This document shows positions 48,002 to 64,000 of a DNA stretch of 64,000 nt, one piece after another. Both the position numbers and the translations under genes were made by a program. Every line of letters starts with the position of its first letter. The first letter of the stretch is position 1. The stretch comes from the human T2T-CHM13v2.0 reference genome, Homo sapiens, in NCBI RefSeq assembly GCF_009914755.1, contig NC_060926.1, one strand, 5' to 3'. The notes beneath the pieces are model-generated. The model saw nothing but the letters and a program-made list of their open reading frames with translations. It did not search any database and was not told the DNA's origin.

Positions 48002-49619
48002 AACTGGCACATATTCTAGTAAATCCTAACCAAGAAAGGTCATTGTTCTGTTATGTTTCCATTTTAACTCTTACCATGTTGTATTACAATTGTTTGTATA
48101 TAACTTTACTTCTAGATTGCAAGTACCCATGAGATACATAGGATGTCTTATTCCTCTCTTAGTAGCTAATCAGGAAATGGTTGTTGGATTAAGTAATTTT
48201 GAGTGTTGCACAGGGCTTCTCCAAAAAAGATCATCTCAAGAATTTTCTTTAGGACTCCTCTAAAACCCAGAAACTACCATAATTATATCAAACAGAAGAG
48301 AGCAACTAGTTTATTTTTTAAGGCTTTCAGAGTAGCTCCTTCTACAACTTTCTTTATTGACCCAATACCAGCCTTCACAATCTCCACCATCAGCAAATTA
48401 TTCTGTCTCAAATAAAAATGGTTTATTATTTAGTTCTATGGCTCATGTGGCTTAGAGTTTGTTGTATCCTTAAGGTGAGGGCTTTTGGACACTCAAAGGC
48501 AGAACTGTGATTATATGTTTGTTTTTTTCTTCCCAAATTGAATAACCCCATTCCTTCAACTTTTCTTTCTACATCTTCACGATCTATACATGCTCAAAAT
48601 TAGTAACAGTTTTCTTAATGTGAAGCCTCAAACTAGTTTCGATGCTCTATTTAGCATTTAAGCAAAGATGATTTCAACAAGTGTTTGTGGTGCCTGCTAT
48701 TATCCCTATCAATGGGACACTTTGCATTAGGCAAACCTAACATTTACCAGGCAGATAAATTAGGAGTTGGTGATTCATCTCACAGAGCATTCCCAGGAAA
48801 ATTTCTTCAAAATAACCATTTCAGTCCTGTTTCATTTAGAAAACATTCATTTTATAAGCAATTTTTCATGGATTACAAATCACAGAATGAGAGTAGCTGT
48901 AATCTTATTGATGTCTAATTTATGTGTCACTTGGGTTTAAGATATGCACCTTTTTCTGGTATCTGCTACTGGTGTTATGAGCTCTTCAAGACCTCTTGTT
49001 CCTTAGAGAAAGAGTCAGCATGAAAATCATCTCTTAGAAAATATTATCATGTTCATTTGACACCTGAAAAAGCATACCCAGAGGGTAGAAGAAACTTGGA
49101 GACTGTTTATACACACAAATAGCATAAAGGACTTTTTTCCATCTCTAGGGGACCAACCTGGGCAAAGGAATAGAAGGAATAGCCTTGGCAATTATTCTCC
49201 CTGTCCCTGCACCCTCAAGAAAACAGGGAGAGTCACATTCTCGGATGCCAAGATTAATACCTATGTTTGGTTTCTTGGCAAGCAGGCTCTCTGCACTGCA
49301 ATCTGGAAGGCCACTGGAATCTCTCTGCCAATGTTTTTCGCATTCTCATTATTGATCCTAGTAGCAGCACAAACCTGTTTCTGGATGTTGTGTTCAGAAG
49401 CTGATCAACATTAAGTACTCACCTCAAGGAGGCTGGCCAAAAACAGCCTGCAGACTTTTCAAGCTGACTTTTCAAACTGTTTGCTCTTTGGGTTGGTCAG
49501 GGCCTGCAATCAAAACTCATCATCATTAATTCATAAACGCCTAACTCTTTAAGCAATTTGGCAAAAATCTTTTGACAATTCAGTCCCACTGCTGGGGGCT
49601 GCTTCCAAAATGTACATTA

Positions 49620-49944
<325 letters not shown>

Positions 49945-50593
49945 TCAAAATGTGTGAGCAGTATGAGGCGAAGGAAGAGTTCCAGGAGAAAATGGATGGG
50001 AATGTGTTGTCACACATTCTGATCTGTGTACAACCAAAGTGGTAGAAGGGTGACATGCCCTTCCTGTTAAGCACAAACCCACCTAAAGCTCACTCTATTT
50101 ATGATAGTATTTTTATTATCTGACCTAATAAAACAAGATAACAGAATTTAACCCATACAACTGTTCCTTGAGTGGAAAAGATGGATCCTTCTCAGTGTGG
50201 CCCTAACACATTAATACACATGAAAGCTTAAAGGTAGAGTTTGCACCCAGTGGAGAGCTAAAAATGCTTGGTGGTGATTATTGCTGCAGTTTGATATATG
50301 ACATGATAATGGAGACCCCCCACAGCCACAGTGGAATTTCCACTAAAGAGCTAACTGGATAGAGGCAAGGATCCATGTAGGCAAATCTTCAAAATGTAAT
50401 TTTATAGCCTCTATTTTAAAACTGCAATACTGCTTCTTAACCAAGCTTATGGCATACAGTTGGGGAAGAATACTATAGATTAATTCTTTAGAGTGGGGTC
50501 GGGGGAAGTCAAAATTACTTAAGGACTCCGTACCTTTTCCTCTTTCTACACACAAATTACATCAGTGTTATCTTCCATGTTCCTCTGCATTAG

Positions 50594-51027
<434 letters not shown>

Positions 51028-51073
51028 ACCAAATAAGAAAATATGGTAATTCTTTACTATCTTTATCCACTCA

Positions 51074-51401
<328 letters not shown>

Positions 51402-51805
51402 AGTTGATGGAAACAAGAAATCAAATTTAGCCTCAGTTTAGGACAGAGGTTTCAAATTAGTGACCTGCAGGTCAAGTCTGGTCTGCAGATGTGTTTTGTT
51501 TGGCCCACACAGTACTGCTCACATCAAATCTGCATGTCCAGCTTCCAAGAAGGTAACACCGAGTCCACAGCCCTGCATAATAAAAGTTGCCTGGAATTTA
51601 TCACAATTGTCCCTTTCAAAAAGTCCCCAGATCCTCCTTTCCCTGACTGTGATACATTTCACTCATTTACAGTAGTGCCAAAACCTCTATAGGTAGACGC
51701 AGATCCTCAAGGTAGGGAGGGTACTTGTAGATAATTATCAATTAAAAAAAAAAAACTAAAAAAACTATATAAATAATAGTGTCTTTTTTATGTACCCAAT
51801 ATATT

Positions 51806-51811
51806 TTTATT
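51806..51811 (-). terminator. Distal poly(A) signal AATAAA
   Basis: tttatt on +; U-rich tract 30-60 nt downstream on -. Confidence 0.55.
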
Positions 51812-54007
51812 CAAGAACACAACAAATTATAACTACTAGCAAACTGACAGCTTTATACACCGAACATTTGTTAAATGCCATTTTTTTCTGAGAAAGAATG
51901 GAAGAAATGTATGAGCTTTCTATGAAATGTACAAAGTTAAAAAAAAAAAAAAGGCCTCTGCTATGATTTTTGACTTAACATATGCTTTAGCAATCCAACA
52001 GAATTCCAGGCACCTAAAAAGTAACAGGTTTTCACCTTTTAAAGTTAAAAAAGTGATTAATTTAATGGTCATTTCTTAGTTAATTCAGGATTTAGGAAAA
52101 GTTCTAAATATTAAAAAAATTTTTTTCATTAGACTAGACTTCTGTTCAACATCTCTAAACCTTTCCAAATGAATGAATTTAATAGAAATTCATTTTGATA
52201 CATGCTTGACTATAATAAACAAAAATGTAACTAGTTACAATTAAATCTTTCAGACCTTGGAAGAAATATCTTCCTTTCCTCACTGGTATGGTAGAAAGAA
52301 AACCTAATATGAAATCAGAGAAACTTAGTTCATCATGACCCTTGCTTTGCAACTGCTATGTAAAGCAATCAATGGCAAGAGGAAAAAAGGAGAGAAGACA
52401 CGCTCAAGACAGCAAGACCTAATAGAACACATGAACGTTGGTTAAATCTTCATTGGAACAATTCAAATGTTAAAAGGCATTTTTAGCAACTGGTGAAATT
52501 TGAATATGGACTGGCTATTAGATAATGCTAAGGAATTATTATTAGTAACTTTTAAAATACGCTGTGTGTTTCCATTAAGGTTGTAATCTTGCTAGCAGAA
52601 ATTGTGTGCAAAACAGGTATTCGGTAGATGTTGTTGATGCTGATGTTGAATTGTAGTATTTGAAATTTAGGCTGAAGGTCAAGAAGCATTGGGAAATAAT
52701 TTGTACCTTTTCAGAATTACTGAATTTTAGAGTTGGAAATGACAAGAGGAGGTATCTAGTCAAAATAAATTTATCTTAAGCATGAGGAAAAGGACACATA
52801 GCTAGACAGTGGTGGGGCTGGTCTAGAATGCAGGTTTCTGTGCTGAGGCCCAGATTATACCTCCTTCAGTGTAGCTTACATGGAGGCTCTTATAGCTTCA
52901 AAGCCCTCTGTAGCTCACAACTCAATTCTTTCTCCTTCCTCATTTAACTTTGTAATCTTGCTCTTCCTCCCAACTCCATTTTCCATCACCAGGCATTTTA
53001 ATTTATATTCACTTGACAACTTTTACTTTCCTTGGGAAAGCTGCCAAAGGCAATGCTAACTGAGAAGGAGTAATAATGAGAAAAGGAAAAACAAGGCAAA
53101 ATTAGAATAACAACAACAACCGCTGTTTAAGCTTTCTCTAGATTTATATACCTACTTTATCCTCCTGGCTTTCATGAAGACATTTTTTTTTCTAAGCTCT
53201 GTCAATGGACACATAATAGCTTTCTATCAATCATATAGGTCTCAAAGGAAAAAAAAAAAAAAAAGGTTTTAAGCCGTTGGCACACAAAGAACCAGTGCTG
53301 CCGAAATACCTCTCCCTTTCCATTCCTTTTTTCCATCCTTTATCTGCTCTTTTCAACAGCCTGTATGAAGGCCAAAAATCAAAATATTATTTTGATAAGG
53401 CTTTTAGTAATAAATTGCTTTTTAAACTATGCACATGTATTACTTTAAAAATGCTACGTTTTAGAAAGCTGAATTATAATTATCCAGTATTCTATTTAGC
53501 ACCAAATGGAAAAATTAAAAACTCAGCTTGAATGCTTCTGAATTTATAAGATAAGCCAGGCAACCCTAATACAAGTGTGGACAGATAACTTAATCTCAGC
53601 AATAAGTTGTACCAATATATCAAATACTTTAAAGAAGGATAAACATATAAATACAAATGAATAGACATATGGGATTTAGTAAGTACAAACTAAGTAGAGA
53701 AATGTGTGTTTCTGGGGCCGATTACAAAGGAATTACAGCTATCTTTTCCTAAGTTCCTCTATCATGTTATACACTTACACTACACATACATTATCACTAA
53801 TCCTCACAACAAGCCTAAGGAAGACTGCCCATATTTTATAAGTGAGTAAGAGGTAGGACCAGAATTTTAATATGAAGCTGTCTGACTCCCCGTTCATCTT
53901 CTTTCCACTATAACATAAAAATACATATTCAATTTAAATTTAGGATGGGAAAAGTTATGCTCTTTGCTCTTATTCTAATAGCAGATCATTTTCATTTTTT
54001 ACTTGAA

Positions 54008-54147
54008 ATTTTTTTTTCTTTTTTTAATAACAGAGACGGGATCTCACTGTGTTACCTAGCTGGTCTCAAACTCCTGGGCTCAAGCGATCCTCCTGCCTCG
54101 ACCTCCCAAAGTGCTGGGATTACAGACATGAGCTACCTTGCCCAGCC
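54008..54147 (-). mobile_element. FLAM/Alu monomer in the putative 3'UTR
   Basis: Left-arm sequence. Confidence 0.85.
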
Positions 54148-54903
54148 AGCAGCTCATTTTAACCATGTTCCATGGTCAAGGATGACATTTAGCTAGTAAG
54201 CTCTGGTGTGGCATAAGGGCTAAAGGCTGTTCTGATTAATTAGGTATCTGTTCTGCTTGATTTGTGCCCATGCCATACTAATCATTAAATATTTTTAATA
54301 TTACACCTGTCCATGGCACAGAACTTTCAGAGTTTTCAATCAAATACTTATTCAGACACTTGAAATAATCCAAAACCACTTCTTATGACATATTTTCCAT
54401 ACCTATAGGTATCACAGGTCTACTTCTATGCAAAATTCGACTGGTCTTCTCTCTAAGTAATAACATGCCAAGAGTCCCAGCTTTTATACTAGAAGCCTAA
54501 GCTTTGCCATATTTATATATATCAAAGCATGGGGCGCATCTTTAAATCAGCAGTACAAAATTACTATACTCTAGGTTTTTGCCAGCAAGTCCAACCTTGA
54601 AATGATTTCCTGCTTTTCTGGTCAAGTCAGGCTTGTAGCATTTCATGTTTGGGAAGACAGTCTAACACACAGGATACTACCCACACCTTCCTCAGTTCTT
54701 GCTATCATATTACATCACCAGAAAGTAATATATCTGGACATTAGCTTATGTCCTTAGATAAAAATGCCCTACACTGTTTCACACAAAGTTATAATCTTGG
54801 ATTTTATCAAGATTCAATATAAGAAATGACCATATGGGGAAAAGGAAGCAATAGTATAAATATTTCAAAGACAAATCTAAATGTCATCATAACAAAAGTG
54901 TGA

Positions 54904-54937
54904 TTTATTTCTGAGATCTTCTTACTCTAGATTTATT
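54904..54937 (-). terminator. Proximal poly(A) signals (AATAAA at 54932-54937 and 54904-54909)
   Basis: Two tttatt on +; GU/U-rich sequence downstream on - (cttttgttatgatgacatttagatttgtctttg). Confidence 0.55.
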
Positions 54938-55024
54938 TATAAGTTAGTTACGTTAAAATCAGTTTTTCCCAACCAGCATACATAAGGTGTTGTACAAGCT
55001 CCCTCAGCTGGTTAAGATATAGAA

Positions 55025-55315
<291 letters not shown>

Positions 55316-56127
55316 TCAGTTACTGTTAAACTCTACCTGATTCCCCTAAGATTAATGATATAACATGCAGTGCTCAGTCAAGCTCATCATGGTAAGTACT
55401 CGTGTTAGTTCCTTCTCCTCCTCCCTTATCATTAACCTCTTCATGTCTCAATTCAACCCTCTACCACTTCTCACATTTCACATCTCCACTCATCTCCTTC
55501 TTGTTAAGGCAGCAGATGTTGAAGGCTATAAGGCAGGAGCTCAGAAAGTGATGAATGTGGGCTCATCCTTATTCACAGAGTCTATAAGGCACCACTAGAA
55601 ACTATGAAATAACTGTAAACCTATAGGTCAAGTTTTCATGATTTCAAACACTTATATAAATGCCTTAGTGGAGCTAACCCAAGGACTGAAGAAACTCTTT
55701 GACAAACTCTTTATCCTGTCTCTAGCTGGAGAACTCTTAATGATGGGGCTTCTATAACAAATATTTTTCTTAAGGAAATAAAATCATTTTGTTTGTTAAA
55801 GAAATTTAATATTATTTACTTTTAAAAATATCTTAGTGATCTATCAATTTATGGAACTCATTTCTTATCTATTACCTGCATTACTTATGGTACTTCATAA
55901 AAGAGGATCACTTTTTAGAATACTGTCATCACTATAATTTTATTTCTACCATAATTATTATTTTTATATGAAAATATTTTAGTTGATATCTGTAATGATA
56001 ATTTCAAAATATAAAGTTATCTTCCAAAATATGTTTTCAAGTAATTTAAAATGAAGTTGTCTGTTCAACTTCCTATATTAAATTAATGAAAAGAAAATAA
56101 AAGTGAGTTTTAATTATTCTCTCTCTC

Positions 56128-56410
56128 ATTTTTTTTGAGGCAGTGTCTCACCCAGGCTGGAGTGCAGTGGCACAGTCACGGCTCACTGTAGCCTTGAGCT
56201 CCCTGGGCTCAGGCGATCCTTCCACCTCATCCTCTCAAGTAGCTGGGACTACAGGTGCATGCCACATGTGGCTAATTTTGGTATCTTTTTCATAGAGACA
56301 CGGTTTTGCCATGTTGCCCTGGCTGGTCTTGAACTCCTGAGCTCAAGCGATCCACCCGCCTCAGCCCCCCAAAGTGCTGGGATTACAGGGGTGAGCCACT
56401 GCACCCAGCC
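56128..56410 (-). mobile_element. AluJ in last CLHC1 intron
   Basis: Dimer. Confidence 0.9.
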
Positions 56411-56834
56411 TAATTAGTTATTCTCTAATTCACAGCAGAGTTAGGTTCAGAGTGAATAACATATGTAAATACACATACATTTGGTTTAGGAATTAAAACA
56501 TATAGTTTATATCTACATAACATTTAAAATACATATAAAAGCTAAATATACACATATGTCAATATATACAAAGTTTTTAGTGTTAGTGATCATAATTATT
56601 GTAATATTCCCCTCAAGCTTCATAAAGATACTCCCTTCATTCTAATTCTCTCAAGAAATATATCCTATTACCAATAGATTATTATTTACATGGCAATCTT
56701 TACATTTATAAACTCCTAAAGTTAACTCTTGCTAAGAAGGAACTCTTAGGGAAATTTGAGTTAACTCATGCATAACCATCTTGAACCTCTCCCTAGATAA
56801 CCCACTACTATTTCTCCCACAACATTTTATTCTA

Positions 56835-57041
<207 letters not shown>

Positions 57042-57593
57042 TTATCTCAATGTCCTAATATCATAAATCAACTAGAAACTAGGACTAGCTAATGTCTATA
57101 CCTGCCAATCAACAGTTTTTCTAATCCTTTCAAAGCCCTCAATGACCCACTCCAACCTAAACTCAACGGTACTATCCCCTAGCCCCCGTCAAAAAAAAAT
57201 CATGCTCAGCATAGCAAAAAACAAAGGAAAACTACCCATAAGAGTATCCAAAACATAATCAAATAATTATAATGAAAAAAATGTGGTATAATAAAAATAC
57301 AGATTGGCTACTAGGAAACCTGAATTCTAATCATAGCTCCATCAGTCACTTACTCTTTTGGAACTCAGTTTTCACATCTGAAAAGTGTAGTATTAGAGGT
57401 CTCCATCTAATACTACAGTTTGTTTGTCTATATCTTGTTGCTCATATTTGGACCAAATTCTGGTGAGTATAATGTCTTTCTTTCTGTGCCTTGCACAGAA
57501 AAAGCAACTCAGTAATTTTTTTCCTAAAACTATCAAGCATTTAGAAATTCAAAAATGAAAACTTTAAGAAACCAGTAGCTATTTCAAGTAGCC

Positions 57594-57662
57594 AGAGGTG
57601 GAACCATATGAAGTTTCCTATATTTGGCCACAAAAAGAACAATTCCATATGGGTTAATCTCT
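57594..57662. mobile_element. MADE2-like mariner MITE
   Basis: Inverted ends gaggtggaaccatatgaagtttc / caattccatatgggttaatct. Confidence 0.65.
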
Positions 57663-58156
57663 ATTGGGTTAACCCAATAGTTAACCATTGAGGTAATCTA
57701 AAGCTACAATTATGATTTGTATTCTTAAATTTTTTCAAAACAAAGTCTCACTGTGTGGCCCAGGCTGGAGTGCATGGCTCACCATAGGCATAATTATTGT
57801 GTACTGTATCCTCAAACTCCTGGGCTCACGCAGTCTCCCGCCTCAGCCTTCCCAGTAGCTGAGATTACAGGCATGCCCCACTCTATACTCTCAAATTTAT
57901 AAACTTGGTATTAACTTCCTAAATATTTTAAAGTAAAAATATTATTTTGAGGCCACAATAGAGGTAATTTTCAGAATAACTTCTGAGAGCCTTTCAAGGA
58001 CTACCCGAAACATAATTTGAACTCTGAAAGCCTTGGGTTTTTAAAATGTATTTAATATATAGAGATGGGGTCCCACTATGTTGCTCCAGGCTACTCTTGA
58101 ACTCCTCGTCTCCCTTTTTCTTACTACATTTCAAAATCCATTTTATTTTTTAAAAA

Positions 58157-58183
58157 ATTATTATTATTATTATTATTATTATT
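58157..58183. repeat. (ATT)9 microsatellite at the tail of an antisense Alu fragment (to ~58307)
   Basis: Direct count. Confidence 0.9.
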
Positions 58184-58489
58184 GGATAAGGTCTCACTCT
58201 GATGCCCAGGCAGGAATGCAGTGCCACAATCACAGCTCACTGCAGCCTAGAACTCCTGGGCTCAAGCGATCTTCCCATCTCAGCCTCCTGAGTGGCTGGG
58301 ACTACAGACCCTATCCCTAAAATTTTTAAATTCTAAGAGTAATTAAAATCTATATCCCATGTCTAAACATTAACTAATATAATTCTTACATATGGAAAAA
58401 TAATAGTTAACAACACAGAAACTGAAACTGTATACTTAGGTAATGGAATATTAATTAATACCTACTATGCCAGATTCTGTCCTGTCACT

Positions 58490-58640
58490 ACATAACCAAA
58501 TCACTTAGCTCTAGCTGTGCCTCACCCTCTCTGTGGAAACATACTATTTTTGCATCTATAAAATGGGACAATAACAAAACCTACCTCATAGAGTCAACAT
58601 AAGGATTAAGTGAGATAATCCATGAAAAAAAGCCTAGCTA
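58490..58640. mobile_element. MIR fragment
   Basis: catctataaaatgggacaataac...acctacctcatag...aggattaagtgagataat. Confidence 0.65.
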
Positions 58641-59109
58641 TTATTACAATAATAGTATAGGGCATGCTGTTATTAATGAAGAAATTTGTAACTTAAAAAA
58701 ACCACAACATAGATTCTAAGAAAAAGTCAATTAATTGCTTGAAAATGACCAGATTCAACAACTACTAAAACTCCTTTTTCCTGGAATAATGTGACCTAAA
58801 AATGGCCATGTTTGGTTCCATTTTGCATCTTCTTAGAACTGGGATACATAGCCTGCAAATCAGGACAGGCACTGGCCTGGGGGATGGGGAGATGTCAGCA
58901 ATGCCTGTACTTACAGTTATTGCCAAACTAGATCCAGAATAAGAGCTCTGCTCTTCCAACTAGGGTCACCCTAAGGTCCACAGTTCTCTCAGATTACCGT
59001 TCAATTGTAATCTCAGATTACTGTTCAATTGTGTTTTAAAATTTTGAAATAAATGAGAAATTCTTCATTTCTGATGCTTATATTACAGTTCAAAACATTA
59101 TATATCACA

Positions 59110-59503
<394 letters not shown>

Positions 59504-59715
59504 CTATCTGGCTTATTAAATGTTTGTATTTTGAGGAAATACATAATATTTTTGAATATCTAGCATGAAAGCCAATCAGCTCCAGCTTACTATGTTCATG
59601 AAAAATTACACAAGAAATCTCCTACTTATTGGTATATATAAAATTGATTTTATAACGTAAGTTTAAAGTAGTGCTTGCTATTATGGGTAATCTTACAATT
59701 AAAGCCCAGAATTCA

Positions 59716-59964
<249 letters not shown>

Positions 59965-60232
59965 TCAATAAGACATATGTTAGAAAATTCCTGATGAGTG
60001 GCTGAGACTGAAATATTTGAAAATTCAGCACAGTAGAACTGGATTTTCTACTACCTGTAAGAATTCCAAGTTACAATTTAATAGGCAATTGATTATGTAA
60101 TTGAAATGATTACTTGTCAATTTCTATCACCCCGATAATAGTCAATATGAAAATAAAGTTATTTGGAATGTAGTGGTGTATTTGCTAAGAAAATTAGATT
60201 TCTACAGGAAACTAAATGCATATATATATATA

Positions 60233-60679
<447 letters not shown>

Positions 60680-60806
60680 TGATTAATTGCAATAGGGACC
60701 TGAAGTAAATGTTCAAGTAACATATTGATAAAGCTATTAATATTTTTAGAACAAACAACTTTATTAACGAAATGTCAAAATTAAGTTAAAAGCTTAACTT
60801 TGCTTA

Positions 60807-61049
<243 letters not shown>

Positions 61050-61159
61050 TTACTATTTTTGTGCCTTTGCTTTTCTAAAACTTTAACAATCTAAAATTAC
61101 ACATTTATAATTTTTAACTCATGCTTATAGATTAAACTTTATCTAAATGACTAAATATC

Positions 61160-61360
61160 ACGTGCCATGTGAAGATGGAGGCAGAGATTGGAATGATCTG
61201 CTACAAGCCAAGGGAGGCTAAAAATCGCTGACAACCACCAGAAGCTAGGAGAGAGGCATGGAATGGAATCTCCCTTAGAGCCTCCAGAAGGAATGAACCC
61301 TTGACACCATGATTTCAGAGCTCTGGCCTCCAGAACTGTGAGCGAATATATTTTTCTTTT
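61160..61360 (+). mobile_element. MLT1 LTR fragment
   Basis: gccatgtgaagatggaggcagagattgg...ccagaagctaggagagaggcatgg...ggcctccagaactgtgag. Confidence 0.8.
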
Positions 61361-62953
61361 AAGTAATAGGGTTCTGCTGTTAATGAGGCCAATTTGCTAT
61401 GACCGAAGAGAACAAAAGGTGCAGCTGCAGATACACAGAGGATAAAATTCCTAATGCAAACTATCCTGCTTTAATGACCAATCAAATGAGGCAAATATAA
61501 AACTGGACATTTAAAGGAATATACTTAGTCTAACATACCCTAACTTTGAAAATAATTCAATGAGGATGACAAATTAGGATCCTGAAATTTACATGTAGAT
61601 TCAGCCAGTGACCAAAAAAGTATGTCAATCCCAAATCAGCATGACTACAATTCATTTTTTATTAAGCTGTATGTACACTCAATGCTTGAACTTGCAGGGG
61701 AGGAAGACTGTCAATTTGAACTCTTAATTAATCCATCAGATTATTTTCCTTTTTGTGAGCAGAAAATAAATTTACCACCATATCTTATTTCCTAGATTTT
61801 TCTTTAATTCTCCTCCTCAAAGTCAAGTGAGACAGTTTAGAGAGAACTACTGGATATGGATGTCTTGGAATTTAGAGAACAAAAAGACCAGAGCCTGATA
61901 TTTGCCTGGAAAGTTTAAAGGTGAAAGGCTAGAGTGAGTAAAGAGAATTAAAGTACGAGCAAATTCTACTTTCACAAGATTGCATGTTCCTTAAGGGTGA
62001 AGGAGATTCCATGAAAGGCGGGTAGGCTGGTTGTCTTGAAAAGGCTCTCTCAGAGAGGTCTGCATGCAGACCAGATAACCCCACCTGAGAGAGTCTTTGG
62101 GGGTACACACCACCAGAATCATTAGCAGCCAGCTAAAGTAATACCTCCTGAATCAATAAAAGGCACAATGGAAAGTCCCCAGTGAGGGAAGGCCCTAAAA
62201 AACAAAGACTAAAGCAGTAAACTAGGAGGCAACATTGGGCATCTACCACACCCAAGAAACATCAAAGCCTAATGACCACTGCACCAGTTGAGTAAGACCT
62301 TTCCTGTCCCTTATATAACCCCACTGTAAAGCTGCCTAGTGATTAGAAGAGGAGAGAGTAGCAGAGTAAAGAAGAAGCAAACATGTCTCCTGAGCCTCAA
62401 TAGGTTCTAGAGCCAAATCAGAGCCTAACCAGGGTAAGGGGAAAAATTTTAGATTAAACAAGAGATTGCAGTTTCTATTTAGTTTAGACTAGACTTTTGG
62501 GTACCTAAAAATAAAACTATTAATATCTAAAAGCGAGTGAAAAAAAGCTATGTGACATGACCAAGATATTATCCAGTAAAAGAAATAGGAACGCCAACAC
62601 AGCCCTTTTAAAGGGCAATGGCGAGGAAGAATAAAGTTGTTTCTTGCTTTGTACTCTGTCAAGTCTAGCTTGAACTTTAGACTCTATCAAGTCTAACTGA
62701 TCTATGATCCAGTTTCATAGATCAAAGCTTGGTAAAACCAGGTATGAAATAAAAAATAGATTCTGCGTCCGATTGAGGGTCTACTAATGAAATGTATGGA
62801 TTTTCACAAGATAATATATAATACCTATTTTTTATTGTTCACAGACTTTTTAAACTTACTTCTCAACTCTCAGATATACTGTATTGTAAAGAAAATTAAT
62901 TCTGAATAAGTGGCATGGTGCTAAAAACCCCTAAAGTTTGTATAGTGCTTTGA

Positions 62954-63642
<689 letters not shown>

Positions 63643-63863
63643 CAACATTCCTGTTTTTCAAGTAATAAAACTGAGTTTCAAGTAGATAAAGTAGCTTGCT
63701 CAAAGAACACAATGCAAGTGTATAGTAAAGATAACATTGAAACAAAGATATTGTGCCTCCTATCCAACATTTTATAACATTCTATCTTCTTCATGTTTTG
63801 TGATAAGTTAAATATATATACATTTACACACACATATGATGGCAGAAGATGAAAGATTTCTTA

Positions 63864-64000
63864 GGCCAGGCGCGGTGGCTCACACCTGTAATCCCAGCAC
63901 TTTGGGAGGCTAATGCAGGTGGATCACAGGGTCAGGAGTTCGAGACCAGTCTAACCAACATGGTGAAACCCTGTCTCTACTAAAAATACAAAAATTAGCC
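63864..64000 (+). mobile_element. Alu, cut by the window edge
   Basis: ggccaggcgcggtggctcac... Confidence 0.9.

Larger units (their letters stand above)
51785..55024 (-). other. CLHC1: Putative long CLHC1 3'UTR (~3.2 kb)
   Basis: AT-rich sequence after the stop, ending near an AATAAA at 51806-51811 followed by U-rich sequence; end position inferred. Confidence 0.6.

Noticed and set aside
46736-49600. Other CTCF-like strings (CACACTAGTGGCGCC ~46736, CTGCTGGGGGCTGC ~49590)
   Set aside because: A gap or mismatches in core positions; too weak to call

Overview
Primate (very likely human) genomic DNA, rich in Alu, L1, LTR and DNA-transposon fossils. The only coding sequence I can support is the 3' end of a minus-strand gene: four exons (60808-60982, 59748-59950, 56840-57019, 55025-55221) with canonical GT-AG sites that splice in frame into ~251 residues similar to the clathrin heavy chain linker/proximal region and ending ...[15 protein letters not shown] recognise this as CLHC1. 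Its 3'UTR has candidate proximal (~54.9 kb) and distal (~51.8 kb) AATAAA signals. The rest appears non-coding; from memory (unverified) RTN4 lies further along the same strand, and a GC-box/G4-rich patch at ~17 kb may be a distal promoter for it. I see no tRNA, rRNA or CRISPR array and no convincing new biological system. The best leads are an Alu arrangement that could circularise CLHC1 exons into stop-free circles, alternative polyadenylation, the putative promoter, a CTCF/YY1/AP-1 site, a fossil hAT transposase frame, and nested or duplicated TEs with readable target-site duplications (TSDs). Repeat subfamily names come from recognition, not RepeatMasker, and TE edges are approximate unless a TSD is given.
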